A DNA stretch of 64,000 nt, taken from contig CAWCGD010000001.1 in the NCBI GenBank assembly GCA_963795105.1, positions 917,097 through 981,096 on the forward strand, given 5' to 3'. This document shows, piece after piece, positions 49,360 through 57,792 of this stretch. The DNA comes from an uncultured Actinomycetota bacterium (GTDB taxonomy: Bacteria > Actinomycetota > Actinomycetes > Propionibacteriales > Nocardioidaceae). The notes beneath the pieces were generated by a model. It was not told where the DNA came from and ran no database searches. It saw only the letters and a list, made by a program, of their open reading frames with translations. The position numbers were made by a program, and so were the translations under genes. The first letter of the stretch is position 1. Each line of letters begins with the position of its first letter.

Positions 49360-49725
49360 ATGGCCACATCAATTGATTCCATGCCGGTTGAGCTCGATGC
49401 GGGAGAGTTGCAGACTCGCTACCTCGAACTTGGGGACATGGCTATTCGTCATGTGAGTGTTCCCGCTGGAGCTGATATGTCCGTGCTCTTGGCGGGTCTT
49501 CCCAATGACAGGTGTCCCAGCCCGCACTGGGGAATGATCCTAGAAGGCTCCATCCATTTGACCCATGGAGATGGGTCGACAGAGACAGCGCGGGCGGGTG
49601 AGGTCTATCACTGGGCCGCCGGTCATACCGGGACGACCGACGAGGCCTGCGTGTTCATCGAAGTCGGTCCCGTGGCCGAGATGCGCCAATTCGGGGAGAA
49701 CGCCAAGCGCGTACTCGCGGGCTAA
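49360..49725 (+). CDS. Small cupin-like protein
   Basis: C.SPHWG.ILEG.I..THGDG.TE...AGEVYHW.AGH pattern; purine-rich RBS before the ATG. Confidence 0.65.
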   Translation: MATSIDSMPVELDAGELQTRYLELGDMAIRHVSVPAGADMSVLLAGLPNDRCPSPHWGMILEGSIHLTHGDGSTETARAGEVYHWAAGHTGTTDEACVFIEVGPVAEMRQFGENAKRVLAG

Positions 49726-49818
49726 CCGCCCCGGCTTTCGGCGCTCGGACACGTGCGAACCCGCCGCCGTTTGTGTGCAGGGGCGGGCCCGGATTGTCAC
49801 CTCCGGACGGCTAACTCG

Positions 49819-50637
49819 TTACATCCGGCGATACCGGACCTGCAACATTGCGAACAGGCCGAATGCCACGAATCCAAAAGCCATCGCACTGAGCATCCAG
49901 CTTCCAAATGGCTGCTCAAGGACCGTCTGCAAGGCTCCGTCCAGCCCCGACGCCTTCTGCCAGTCAAAAGTCCACGCTGCATAACTGAGCAGACCACCCA
50001 CCATTCCGAGAGCTATGCCCTTCGTGACGTATCCGACCTGACCTAGATGTAGCACGCCTTCTTGGCCCGCTGAGGACAGGGACGAGGTATCGATCTCCTC
50101 GATGAACGATTTTCGCAAGCCCTTGATTGCCACTGTTAGGCCGACGCTGATGATGATGAGTCCGGTGACGATGACGATCGTCCGCCCACCGGGCCACGCC
50201 AGCACTCCGATGGTGGCTTCTTGCTGGGACTGCGAGCTTGCCGCTTTGTAACCAGCCGCGACCAACGCTGACCGGACCCCGAGCCCGATGTAAATCACGG
50301 CCCAGAGTCCGCTATTGGCCCGTTTGCGCACCCGCTCGGTACCTTCTAGGTTGCGATGGCCCCAGACCAGGTCGGTTGCCTTCCAGATGCCCAGCGCCAC
50401 CAAGCCCAGTGCGATCAACCACAGCAAGACATTGCCCAAGGGCTGGTCGGCCAACGTCCGGAACGCCCCTGACGGGTCAGGTCTCGCACTGGGGCCAGCG
50501 CCCCACGCCAGCTGAAGCGCCAACCCACCGATCAGCAGGTAAACCACGCCGTACGCAACCAAACCCGCGCGAGCGAGCGCCTTCAGCGCAGCGCTGTCTC
50601 CAACCTGTTCGGCCCAAGTCCCGCCGCCAGCTGCCAT
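49819..50637 (-). CDS. DUF1206 family membrane protein
   Basis: Three repeats: LARAGLVAYGVVY / ..GLGV / LGQVGYVTKG, plus GLDGAL..L..QPFG..L. Confidence 0.8.
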   Translation of the reverse strand: MAAGGGTWAEQVGDSAALKALARAGLVAYGVVYLLIGGLALQLAWGAGPSARPDPSGAFRTLADQPLGNVLLWLIALGLVALGIWKATDLVWGHRNLEGTERVRKRANSGLWAVIYIGLGVRSALVAAGYKAASSQSQQEATIGVLAWPGGRTIVIVTGLIIISVGLTVAIKGLRKSFIEEIDTSSLSSAGQEGVLHLGQVGYVTKGIALGMVGGLLSYAAWTFDWQKASGLDGALQTVLEQPFGSWMLSAMAFGFVAFGLFAMLQVRYRRM

Positions 50638-50784
50638 CCCACGCTCCAAGCTCCACCTGAACACGTCCGCGCCCAATGGCACACCGGTGTGATTACCCAA
50701 CCTGACTTAGTTGACGTGCGGACCGCTCTCACCGGGCTAACCTGCCGCCATCAATGCAGGGCGGCGAGTCCCGCGACCTTCACC

Positions 50785-51924
50785 TCAGCGCACGTCGACG
50801 AACGGCTTCGCTCGCGGCGGAGCCTCGCCCAAGACGGCCGCTGCAATGCGTCGCCCGGCTGTTCCATCGCCGTACGGGTTGACGATGTTGGTCGCCTGAG
50901 CGCGAAATTCGGCGCTGAGTGCCGTGTGGAGCGCGGCGCTGACCGTCTCGAGTCCTTCTGCGGTGGCCACCACGTTGGCCCCGCGCAAACGCCCGCGTTG
51001 GCGGTCGCCGATGTCGACCACGGGCACCCCGACGCTGGCGGCCTCGATGACGCCGGACGACGAGTTGCCGACCACGACGTCGCTGGCGGCGAGCACTGCT
51101 GGGTACCGGGGGCCGAGTGCCTCGACCACCACCACGTTGTCGTGCGCCGCGTAGGCCTCGATGAGGACATCGAGAATCTCGTCGCGCCCGACGTCGTAGC
51201 CGGGATGGGTGGCGATCACGGTGCCGCAGGCATCGACGGTGGCCGTGAGCGCGTCCGCGGCCCACTGCCTGATCTGTGCTGCCGGCACCGTCGTCGGCGG
51301 GTGGTACGTGAAGAGCGCCAACGGCCGGGTCACGGGATGGCCCACGAGGTCGGCCAATGCGTCGTCGTCGAGCGGCTCGATCCCGGCGAACCGGTCGAGC
51401 CCCGGGGCTCCGGTGACGTGGATGCGGTCGGCTGGCTCGCCGAGTTGCCGCACGCGTTCGGCGGCATCCTCTGACGCGACGCAGTGCACGTCGGCGAGCT
51501 TCGTGATGGCGTGCCGGACCCGCTCGTCGATGGCGCCCTCAGTTACCTCGCCGCCGTGCAAGTGCACGATCGGGACGCCGGACAGGAAGAACCCTGGGAC
51601 GACGGACAGCAGTTCCCAGCGGTCGCCGAGTACCACGAGTCGATCGAAACTCTCGCGGGCGAGAAGGCCCTGCAATGCGTCGGCGATGACGGCCGCCTGC
51701 TTCAGTTGGCTTTGCGCATCGAGGACCTCGACCGGTGGAGCGAGCGCCAAGACGGCCGGGTGAGCGTCGCCGAACGCCGTCCGCAGCACCGCGGTGAGCG
51801 TTGCCTCGTCGAACGCCACGCCAGTCAGGACGACGGTCTGCGCTCCGGCGTCCACCAACCCATGGAGCACCGGGAGCAGCGGGCCGAGATCAGCCCTGGT
51901 CCCGACGAATACGGCAACCTTCAC
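50785..51924 (-). CDS. neuC: Hydrolysing UDP/GDP-GlcNAc-type 2-epimerase (NeuC/LegG)
   Basis: VGTRADLG, LGDRWE, HLHGGE.T.GAIDERVRHAITKLA, GNSSSG..EA, IGDRQRGR, NPYGDG. Confidence 0.9.
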   Translation of the reverse strand: MKVAVFVGTRADLGPLLPVLHGLVDAGAQTVVLTGVAFDEATLTAVLRTAFGDAHPAVLALAPPVEVLDAQSQLKQAAVIADALQGLLARESFDRLVVLGDRWELLSVVPGFFLSGVPIVHLHGGEVTEGAIDERVRHAITKLADVHCVASEDAAERVRQLGEPADRIHVTGAPGLDRFAGIEPLDDDALADLVGHPVTRPLALFTYHPPTTVPAAQIRQWAADALTATVDACGTVIATHPGYDVGRDEILDVLIEAYAAHDNVVVVEALGPRYPAVLAASDVVVGNSSSGVIEAASVGVPVVDIGDRQRGRLRGANVVATAEGLETVSAALHTALSAEFRAQATNIVNPYGDGTAGRRIAAAVLGEAPPRAKPFVDVR

Positions 51925-52919
51925 GGCAGTTCCACATCGGCCGAGGTGATGGGATCGCCGGCGGCGACCGGCCGCACGACGCGGGCGCCGGTGAGCATCA
52001 CAACCGGCGTGATGCCCAGCTCGGGTCGCAGCGCCACGGCGTCGGAATCCGCCACGGTGTCGCCCGCCGCGAGGTCACGAGTCGCGTGCCAAGAACGCCG
52101 CACGACGGGCGCGTTCTCCATCTCAGCCGGCATCCGCCTCTTCACGCCGTCGCCGAGCGACGCGGCAGTATCACGGACAGCCACGATGTACGCGGCGAGC
52201 TCGGCCGGCTCCGCACTGGCCGCGTGATCTGGGCCGGGCAGCGTCTTGTCGGTGGTGAAGTGCTTCTCCAAGACGGTGGCCCCGAGCGCTACGGCCGCGA
52301 TCGCCGACGTCGACCCGACAGTGTGGTCGGACCAGCCGACCGGCACACCGTGGGCCTCGCGCATCGCCGGGATGGCGCGCAGGTTCGCCTGGTCGATCGG
52401 AGCGGGGTAGGACGAGACGCAGTGGAACAGGGTCAGCGACGGTGCGCCGGCGCAAGCCTCCACGGCTGCGGCGACCTCGGCCGCGTCACCCATGCCGGTT
52501 GAGACGAGCAGCGGGACCTCCATCGAGGCGAGCGCGCGCAAAAAGGGCAGATTGGTCAGTTCGCCGGAGGACACCTTGAGCGCCGAGACGCCGAGGTCGA
52601 CCAGCATCCGAGCGCTGTCGAGGTCGAACGGCGTGCTGAAGAAAGTGATACCCGCTTCACGCGCATGGTCGCGCAGCCCGATCCATGCCGACTCCGGCAA
52701 CGTCAGCGAACTGAGCAGTTCCGACTGGTCGGCCAGGCCCGAGCGGTCGGCCTGGTAGGCGGCCGTCCTCGCGTGCGACGACGTGAGCTTCGACGGCTCG
52801 AACGTCTGGAACTTCACCGCATCGGCGCCCGCCTCGACGGCGACGTCGATGAGCGTATGCGCCAGATCCTCGTCACCGTTGTGATTGACACCGGCCTCGG
52901 CGATGACGGTCAGCGTCAT
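51921..52919 (-). CDS. neuB: Nonulosonate synthase (NeuB/LegI) with C-terminal SAF domain
   Basis: IAEAGVNHNGD, DAVKFQTF, FSTPFD, KVSSGELTN, STGM, HCVSSYP, GWSDHT, EKHFT, GPDH.AS. Confidence 0.95.
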   Translation of the reverse strand: MTLTVIAEAGVNHNGDEDLAHTLIDVAVEAGADAVKFQTFEPSKLTSSHARTAAYQADRSGLADQSELLSSLTLPESAWIGLRDHAREAGITFFSTPFDLDSARMLVDLGVSALKVSSGELTNLPFLRALASMEVPLLVSTGMGDAAEVAAAVEACAGAPSLTLFHCVSSYPAPIDQANLRAIPAMREAHGVPVGWSDHTVGSTSAIAAVALGATVLEKHFTTDKTLPGPDHAASAEPAELAAYIVAVRDTAASLGDGVKRRMPAEMENAPVVRRSWHATRDLAAGDTVADSDAVALRPELGITPVVMLTGARVVRPVAAGDPITSADVELP

Positions 52920-53545
52920 GAAGTCTCCCCGGCGGGTGCGGATTTGACGACCCGTGCCGGCTGGCCGACGACCGTGACGCCAGGCGCGACATCCTCGGTG
53001 ACGACGGCACCGGCACCGACCACGGCGCCAGCTCCGACCGTCCGGCCCGGCAGGACCCGTGCGCCAGAGCCGATAAAAGCGCGCACACCGATGTGGCAGC
53101 CACCCAGAACGGCGGTGCCGGGCCCGACGTGAGCGCCGTCGCCGACGACGACATCGTGTTCAACGATGGCGCCGGTGTTGATGATCACTGCGCGGCCGAG
53201 GCGAGCCCCTGGGCCGACGTGAGCATGGTGCAGCACGACGGTCCCCGCGCCGAGCTCGGCGTCAACGGCGACGGTGGCTGTTCGCGCCGCTGCGCTGAAC
53301 CGGACGTCCTCGGGCAGGCTCTCGACGAGGGCGAGCCGTATCCGGTTCGACCCGACGTTGGCAAGCACCTTCCACCCGTGCGTCTGGGCGGCTTTGATCG
53401 CGTCGTCGTCCGTTGCGAAGTGCTCAACGCCCCAGTTCCGCGACGACTCGCCAACCACTCCGGCCAGCTCGGCAACGTCGCGCAAAGCATCCACGACGCT
53501 CGCCGCGTGACCGCCGGCACCCAGCGACACCCACGAGTCCGGCAT
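52916..53545 (-). CDS. neuD: Hexapeptide-repeat acetyltransferase (NeuD/PglD/LegH type)
   Basis: GAGGHA.V, INTGAIVEHD, left-handed beta-helix repeats, GQPAR. Confidence 0.85.
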   Translation of the reverse strand: MPDSWVSLGAGGHAASVVDALRDVAELAGVVGESSRNWGVEHFATDDDAIKAAQTHGWKVLANVGSNRIRLALVESLPEDVRFSAAARTATVAVDAELGAGTVVLHHAHVGPGARLGRAVIINTGAIVEHDVVVGDGAHVGPGTAVLGGCHIGVRAFIGSGARVLPGRTVGAGAVVGAGAVVTEDVAPGVTVVGQPARVVKSAPAGETS

Positions 53546-53564
53546 GGGTCGAGTCTAGGACGTC

Positions 53565-55511
53565 TCACATGACGCTGAGTGGCAGCAGCGTCTTGCCGGT
53601 CGGCCCGATCTGGATGTCGGTACCCATCTGCGGGCAGACGCCGCAGTCGAAGCAGGGCGTCCACCGGCAGTCATCGACCTCGCGGGCGCCGTCGGGATCG
53701 ATGGCGTCCTGCCAGTCCTCCCACAGCCAGTCGCGGTCGAGACCGGCGTCCAGGTGGTCCCACGGCAGGACCTCGGCGTACTCACGCTCGCGCACGGTGA
53801 ACCAGTTGAGGTCGACGGGCTCGCTCGCCAACGCCTCGGCAGCCTGCGTCGCCCAGCGTTCGTAGGAGAAATGCTCGCTCCAACCGTCGAACCGGCCACC
53901 GTCGCGCCAGACAGCCTCGATAACGCGGCCGACCCGGCGGTCGCCGCGGGACAGGAGCCCTTCGACGATGCCCGGCTCACCGTCGTGGTACCGGAAGCCG
54001 ATGGCCCGGCCATAGCGCTTGTCCGCCTGAACAGACTCGCGCAGCTTGCGCAGGCGGAAGTCCGTCGTCTCCGCGTCCAGCTGCGACGCCCATTGGAACG
54101 GAGTGTGCGGCTTGGGCACGAAGCCGCCGATCGAGACCGTGCAGCGGATGTCGCGGCGGCCAGAGACCTCTCGGCCCACGTCGATGACCCGCTTGGCGAG
54201 CTCGCCGATCTGCAGGACGTCCTCGTCGGTCTCGGTGGGCAGTCCGCACATGAAGTAGAGCTTCACCTGACGCCAGCCGTGCGAGTACGCCGCCGACACC
54301 GTGCGGATGAGGTCGTCCTCGCTGACCATCTTGTTGATGACCTTGCGCAGGCGTTCGCTGCCGCCCTCCGGCGCGAAGGTCAGGCCCGATCGTCGTCCGT
54401 TCCGGCTGAACTCGTTCGCCAAGTCGATGTTGAATGCGTCGACGCGGGTGCTCGGCAGGGAGAGCGAGATGTTGGTGCCCTCGTAGCGATCGGCCAGCTG
54501 CTTGGACATCTCGCCGATCTCAGAGTGATCGGCGCTGGACAGGCTGAGCAAGCCGACCTCGTCGAGGCCTGACTTCTGCAGCCCGCGATCGACCATGGCG
54601 CCGACGGTCTGCAGGCTGCGCTCGCGGACCGGGCGGGTGATCATGCCGGCCTGGCAGAACCGGCAACCGCGGGTGCAGCCGCGGAAGATCTCGACGCTGT
54701 AGCGCTCATGCACCGTCTCGGCGAGCGGGACCAGCGGATTCTTCGGGTAAGGCCAGGCATCGAGGTCCATGACCGTGTGCTTGGTGATGCGCCACGGGAT
54801 GCCGGGCCGGTTCGGGACGACACGCTGGATGCGCCCGTCTGGCAGGTAGGTGACGTCGTAGAACTTGGGCACGTAGACGCCGCCGGAGACGGCGAGGCGT
54901 CGGAGCAGCTCGTCTCGAGCAGAGCCCATTGCTCCGGCAGGACTGCCTTCGGCCTTGTGTTCGCGGATGACCTCGCTGATGGCGAGCGCAACCTCCTCAC
55001 CATCGCCGAGAACGGCGGCGTCGATGAAGTCGGCGATGGGCTCGGGGTTGAACGCGCTGTGGCCGCCGGCCAGGACGATCGGGTCGTCATCGGTGCGGTC
55101 GACGGCATGCAGCGGGATGCCCGCGAGATCGAGCGCCGTCAGGAGGTTGGTGTAGCCGAGTTCGGTGGAGAAGCTGACGCCCAGGACGTCGAACGCCTTA
55201 ACCGGGCGATGAGCGTCGACGGTGAACTGCGCGATGTTGTGCTCGCGCATCACCTTCTCCATGTCCGGGAACACCGAGTACGTGCGCTCGGCCAGGATCC
55301 AGTCGCGCTCGTTCAACACTTCGTAGAGGATCTGCACGCCCTGGTTGGGCAGGCCCACCTCGTAGGCGTCCGGGTACATGAGGGCCCATCGAACCTGGGC
55401 GTCATCCCAGTCCTTGTGGACCGCGTTCAACTCCCCGCCGACGTACTGAATCGGCTTGCTGACCTGTGGCAACACAGGCTCCAAGCGCGCGAACAGTGAC
55501 TCGACGGGCAT
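53565..55511 (-). CDS. TIGR03960 B12-binding radical SAM protein
   Basis: VSKPIQYVGGELN, YPDAYEVG.PNQG, RGCTRGCRFCQAG (CxxxCxxC), PKPHTPFQW. Confidence 0.93.
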   Translation of the reverse strand: MPVESLFARLEPVLPQVSKPIQYVGGELNAVHKDWDDAQVRWALMYPDAYEVGLPNQGVQILYEVLNERDWILAERTYSVFPDMEKVMREHNIAQFTVDAHRPVKAFDVLGVSFSTELGYTNLLTALDLAGIPLHAVDRTDDDPIVLAGGHSAFNPEPIADFIDAAVLGDGEEVALAISEVIREHKAEGSPAGAMGSARDELLRRLAVSGGVYVPKFYDVTYLPDGRIQRVVPNRPGIPWRITKHTVMDLDAWPYPKNPLVPLAETVHERYSVEIFRGCTRGCRFCQAGMITRPVRERSLQTVGAMVDRGLQKSGLDEVGLLSLSSADHSEIGEMSKQLADRYEGTNISLSLPSTRVDAFNIDLANEFSRNGRRSGLTFAPEGGSERLRKVINKMVSEDDLIRTVSAAYSHGWRQVKLYFMCGLPTETDEDVLQIGELAKRVIDVGREVSGRRDIRCTVSIGGFVPKPHTPFQWASQLDAETTDFRLRKLRESVQADKRYGRAIGFRYHDGEPGIVEGLLSRGDRRVGRVIEAVWRDGGRFDGWSEHFSYERWATQAAEALASEPVDLNWFTVREREYAEVLPWDHLDAGLDRDWLWEDWQDAIDPDGAREVDDCRWTPCFDCGVCPQMGTDIQIGPTGKTLLPLSVM

Positions 55512-55543
55512 CCGTCAAGGGTAACTGCCGCAGCGCTGAGGGA

Positions 55544-55948
55544 CTAAAGCGAAGGGAACCAGAGGGTGATCTCGCGGCCCGCCGACTCGGGGGCGTCGGA
55601 GGCATGGACGAGGTTCTCCCGGTTGGACAGGCCGAAGTCGCCGCGGATGGTGCCCGGCGCGGCCGTGCGGCCGTCGGTGGCACCGTTCATCGCGCGTACG
55701 ACCTCGATCGCCTCGTCGCCCTCGAGCACGAGCGCCACGAGCGGCCCGGACGTCGCGAAGGCGCGCAGTGGCGGGTACCAGGTCTGCTCGACGTGGTCGC
55801 GGTAGTGCGCATCGGCCATTTCGGCATCGATCGAGCGGTGCTCCATCGCGACGATCGACAGGCCCTTCTCCTCGAAGCGGGTCAGGATCCGGCCGACGAG
55901 GCCGCGACGCACGGCGTCCGGCTTGATGAGGACAAGAGTTCTTTCCAC
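55544..55948 (-). CDS. ndk: Nucleoside diphosphate kinase
   Basis: ERTLVLIKPDAV.RGLVG, PGTIRGDFG, NLVHASD. Confidence 0.98.
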   Translation of the reverse strand: MERTLVLIKPDAVRRGLVGRILTRFEEKGLSIVAMEHRSIDAEMADAHYRDHVEQTWYPPLRAFATSGPLVALVLEGDEAIEVVRAMNGATDGRTAAPGTIRGDFGLSNRENLVHASDAPESAGREITLWFPSL

Positions 55949-55988
55949 GGACCGAGGTTACCGAGTGCCCAAACCGCGTGCGGTTCGA

Positions 55989-56028
55989 GGCCTGGGGGTA
56001 CCTCCCACGCCCGTCAGGGCGTAGGGGG
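55989..56028. repeat. REP-like palindromic intergenic element
   Basis: GGCCTGGGGGTACCTCCC-ACGCCC-GTCA-GGGCGT-AGGGGG forms a hairpin; only one copy in the window. Confidence 0.35.
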
Positions 56029-56072
56029 CGTGGCCGATGGTCTGTTGACGAGCGACGCGAGGAAAACGGAGG

Positions 56073-56420
56073 TCACGCTATCGCCCGGTCACGATCGATG
56101 CGCACGCCGATGAGGTACGCGGCAACCCACAAGCCAGCGAAGAGCAGCCCGATGAACAGAATCGGCAATGCGAGCGCACCCATGGCGATCATGGCTACCT
56201 GGAGGAGATGGCCCAGCGCATAGCCCGACGGCCGGCCCAGCCCACCGATCGCGACGATGCAGGCAGCTGCCATTCCGCCCCCGACGGTCGCGGCGCCCGC
56301 GCCGGAAAGCTCCGAGAACCCGTTCAGGACGAGGATGCTGAGCAGCATCATCACAGCCTCGAACGCGAGGACCGCCGAACACAAGCCGCGGGTCATCCGC
56401 CCTCGGACGACCTCACTCAC
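56073..56420 (-). CDS. DUF4233 family membrane protein
   Basis: LCSAVLAFEAV..G..LQVAMI..LFAGLW; conserved position between folC and ndk; GTGA overlap with the folC stop. Confidence 0.85.
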   Translation of the reverse strand: MSEVVRGRMTRGLCSAVLAFEAVMMLLSILVLNGFSELSGAGAATVGGGMAAACIVAIGGLGRPSGYALGHLLQVAMIAMGALALPILFIGLLFAGLWVAAYLIGVRIDRDRAIA

Positions 56421-57754
56421 TCGGGTTCGCCACCCATCAGTACCCGTGCCTCGCCGACCGTGACGACCGATCCCGTGACGATCACCCCACCGCTGCCGAG
56501 CGCCTCCTCGTAGCCCTCGGCAGTCTCGGCCAGCGCGATCGCTCGTTCCAGGGCATCGTCCAGCCGCGGCGCGACGATGACGCGGTCCGAGCCGAAGATC
56601 CCGTCGGCCACATCGGCCAGCTCGCTCGCGGTCATCGACCGCGGCGTGCTGTTCTGCGTGCACACGATCTGGGCAAGTACCGGGTCCAGAAGCTCGAGCA
56701 TGCGCTCGACGTCCTTGTCGCTCATGACGGCCACCACGCCGATCAAGGGCGCGAAGTTGAAGTTCTCCTGGATGGCAGCGATGGCCGCCTCGACGCCATG
56801 CGGGTTGTGGGCCGCGTCGAGGAGAACCGTCGGGCCCCGTCGGACGATCTCCAGCCGGCCCGGCGAGGTGACCTCGCCGAAGGCCGCCACCACGACGTCG
56901 GCCGGCAGCGCCTTGCCGCCCAGGAAGGACTCGACAGCCGCAATTGCACACGCCGCGTTCTGGCCCTGGTGCGCGCCGTGCAGCGGGATGAACACGTCGT
57001 CGTACCTGGCGCCGAGGCCCTGGATACTCACCTGCTGCCCGCCCACGGCCGTGAACTGCTCGATCACGCCGAAGTCGGCACTCTCGACAACCATCGTGGC
57101 GCCGACCTCGGCCGCACGGCGGGCGAAGACGTCCAGCACAGCAGGATCCTGCTCGGCCACGACAACCTGCGAACCCGACTTGATGATTCCGGCCTTCTCA
57201 CCGGCGATGCCGACGAGGTCGTCGCCGAGATACGCCGCATGGTCGATGCCCACCGGGCCGACGACGGCGACGGCGCCGTCAGCAACATTGGTGGCATCCC
57301 ATGCGCCGCCCATGCCGACTTCGACGACGGCGGCATCGACCGGTGCGTCGGCGAACGCGGCATAGGCCATCGCTACCGTCATCTCGAAGAAGGACAGTGG
57401 GTGCTCCTGGGTGTCATCGACGATCTGGGCGTACGCCGCGACGTCGGCGAACGCGTCGACGAAGGTTTCCTCGTCGAGCGGCTGGCCGTCGATACTGATG
57501 CGCTCGGTCATGGATTGCAGGTGCGGACTCGTGAACCTGCCGGTGCGAAGTTCAAGTTGACGTAGGAGGGCGTCGATCATGCGCGCGGTCGACGTCTTGC
57601 CGTTCGTCCCAGTCAGGTGGATGACCGGGTAGTTCGTCTGCGGGTCGCCGAGGAGCTGGCAGAGGGCCCGGATCCGGTCGAGGGTCGGGTCGAGCCTTGT
57701 TTCCGGCCATCGGCCGAGTAGGGCCTGTTCGACCTCGGAGAATGTGGGGCGCAT
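56417..57754 (-). CDS. folC: Folylpolyglutamate synthase/dihydrofolate synthase
   Basis: [46 protein letters not shown]; ATG at 57754. Confidence 0.96.
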   Translation of the reverse strand: MRPTFSEVEQALLGRWPETRLDPTLDRIRALCQLLGDPQTNYPVIHLTGTNGKTSTARMIDALLRQLELRTGRFTSPHLQSMTERISIDGQPLDEETFVDAFADVAAYAQIVDDTQEHPLSFFEMTVAMAYAAFADAPVDAAVVEVGMGGAWDATNVADGAVAVVGPVGIDHAAYLGDDLVGIAGEKAGIIKSGSQVVVAEQDPAVLDVFARRAAEVGATMVVESADFGVIEQFTAVGGQQVSIQGLGARYDDVFIPLHGAHQGQNAACAIAAVESFLGGKALPADVVVAAFGEVTSPGRLEIVRRGPTVLLDAAHNPHGVEAAIAAIQENFNFAPLIGVVAVMSDKDVERMLELLDPVLAQIVCTQNSTPRSMTASELADVADGIFGSDRVIVAPRLDDALERAIALAETAEGYEEALGSGGVIVTGSVVTVGEARVLMGGEPE

Positions 57755-57792
57755 CGCGGGCAAGTATCGCAGTCCACCTAGAATTCCCACTT

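Noticed and set aside
57697-57792. T-box or extended N-terminus upstream of valS
   Set aside because: The gap to folC is only 38 nt and a TAGAAT element sits 8 nt before the GTG at 57793, leaving no room for a leader.
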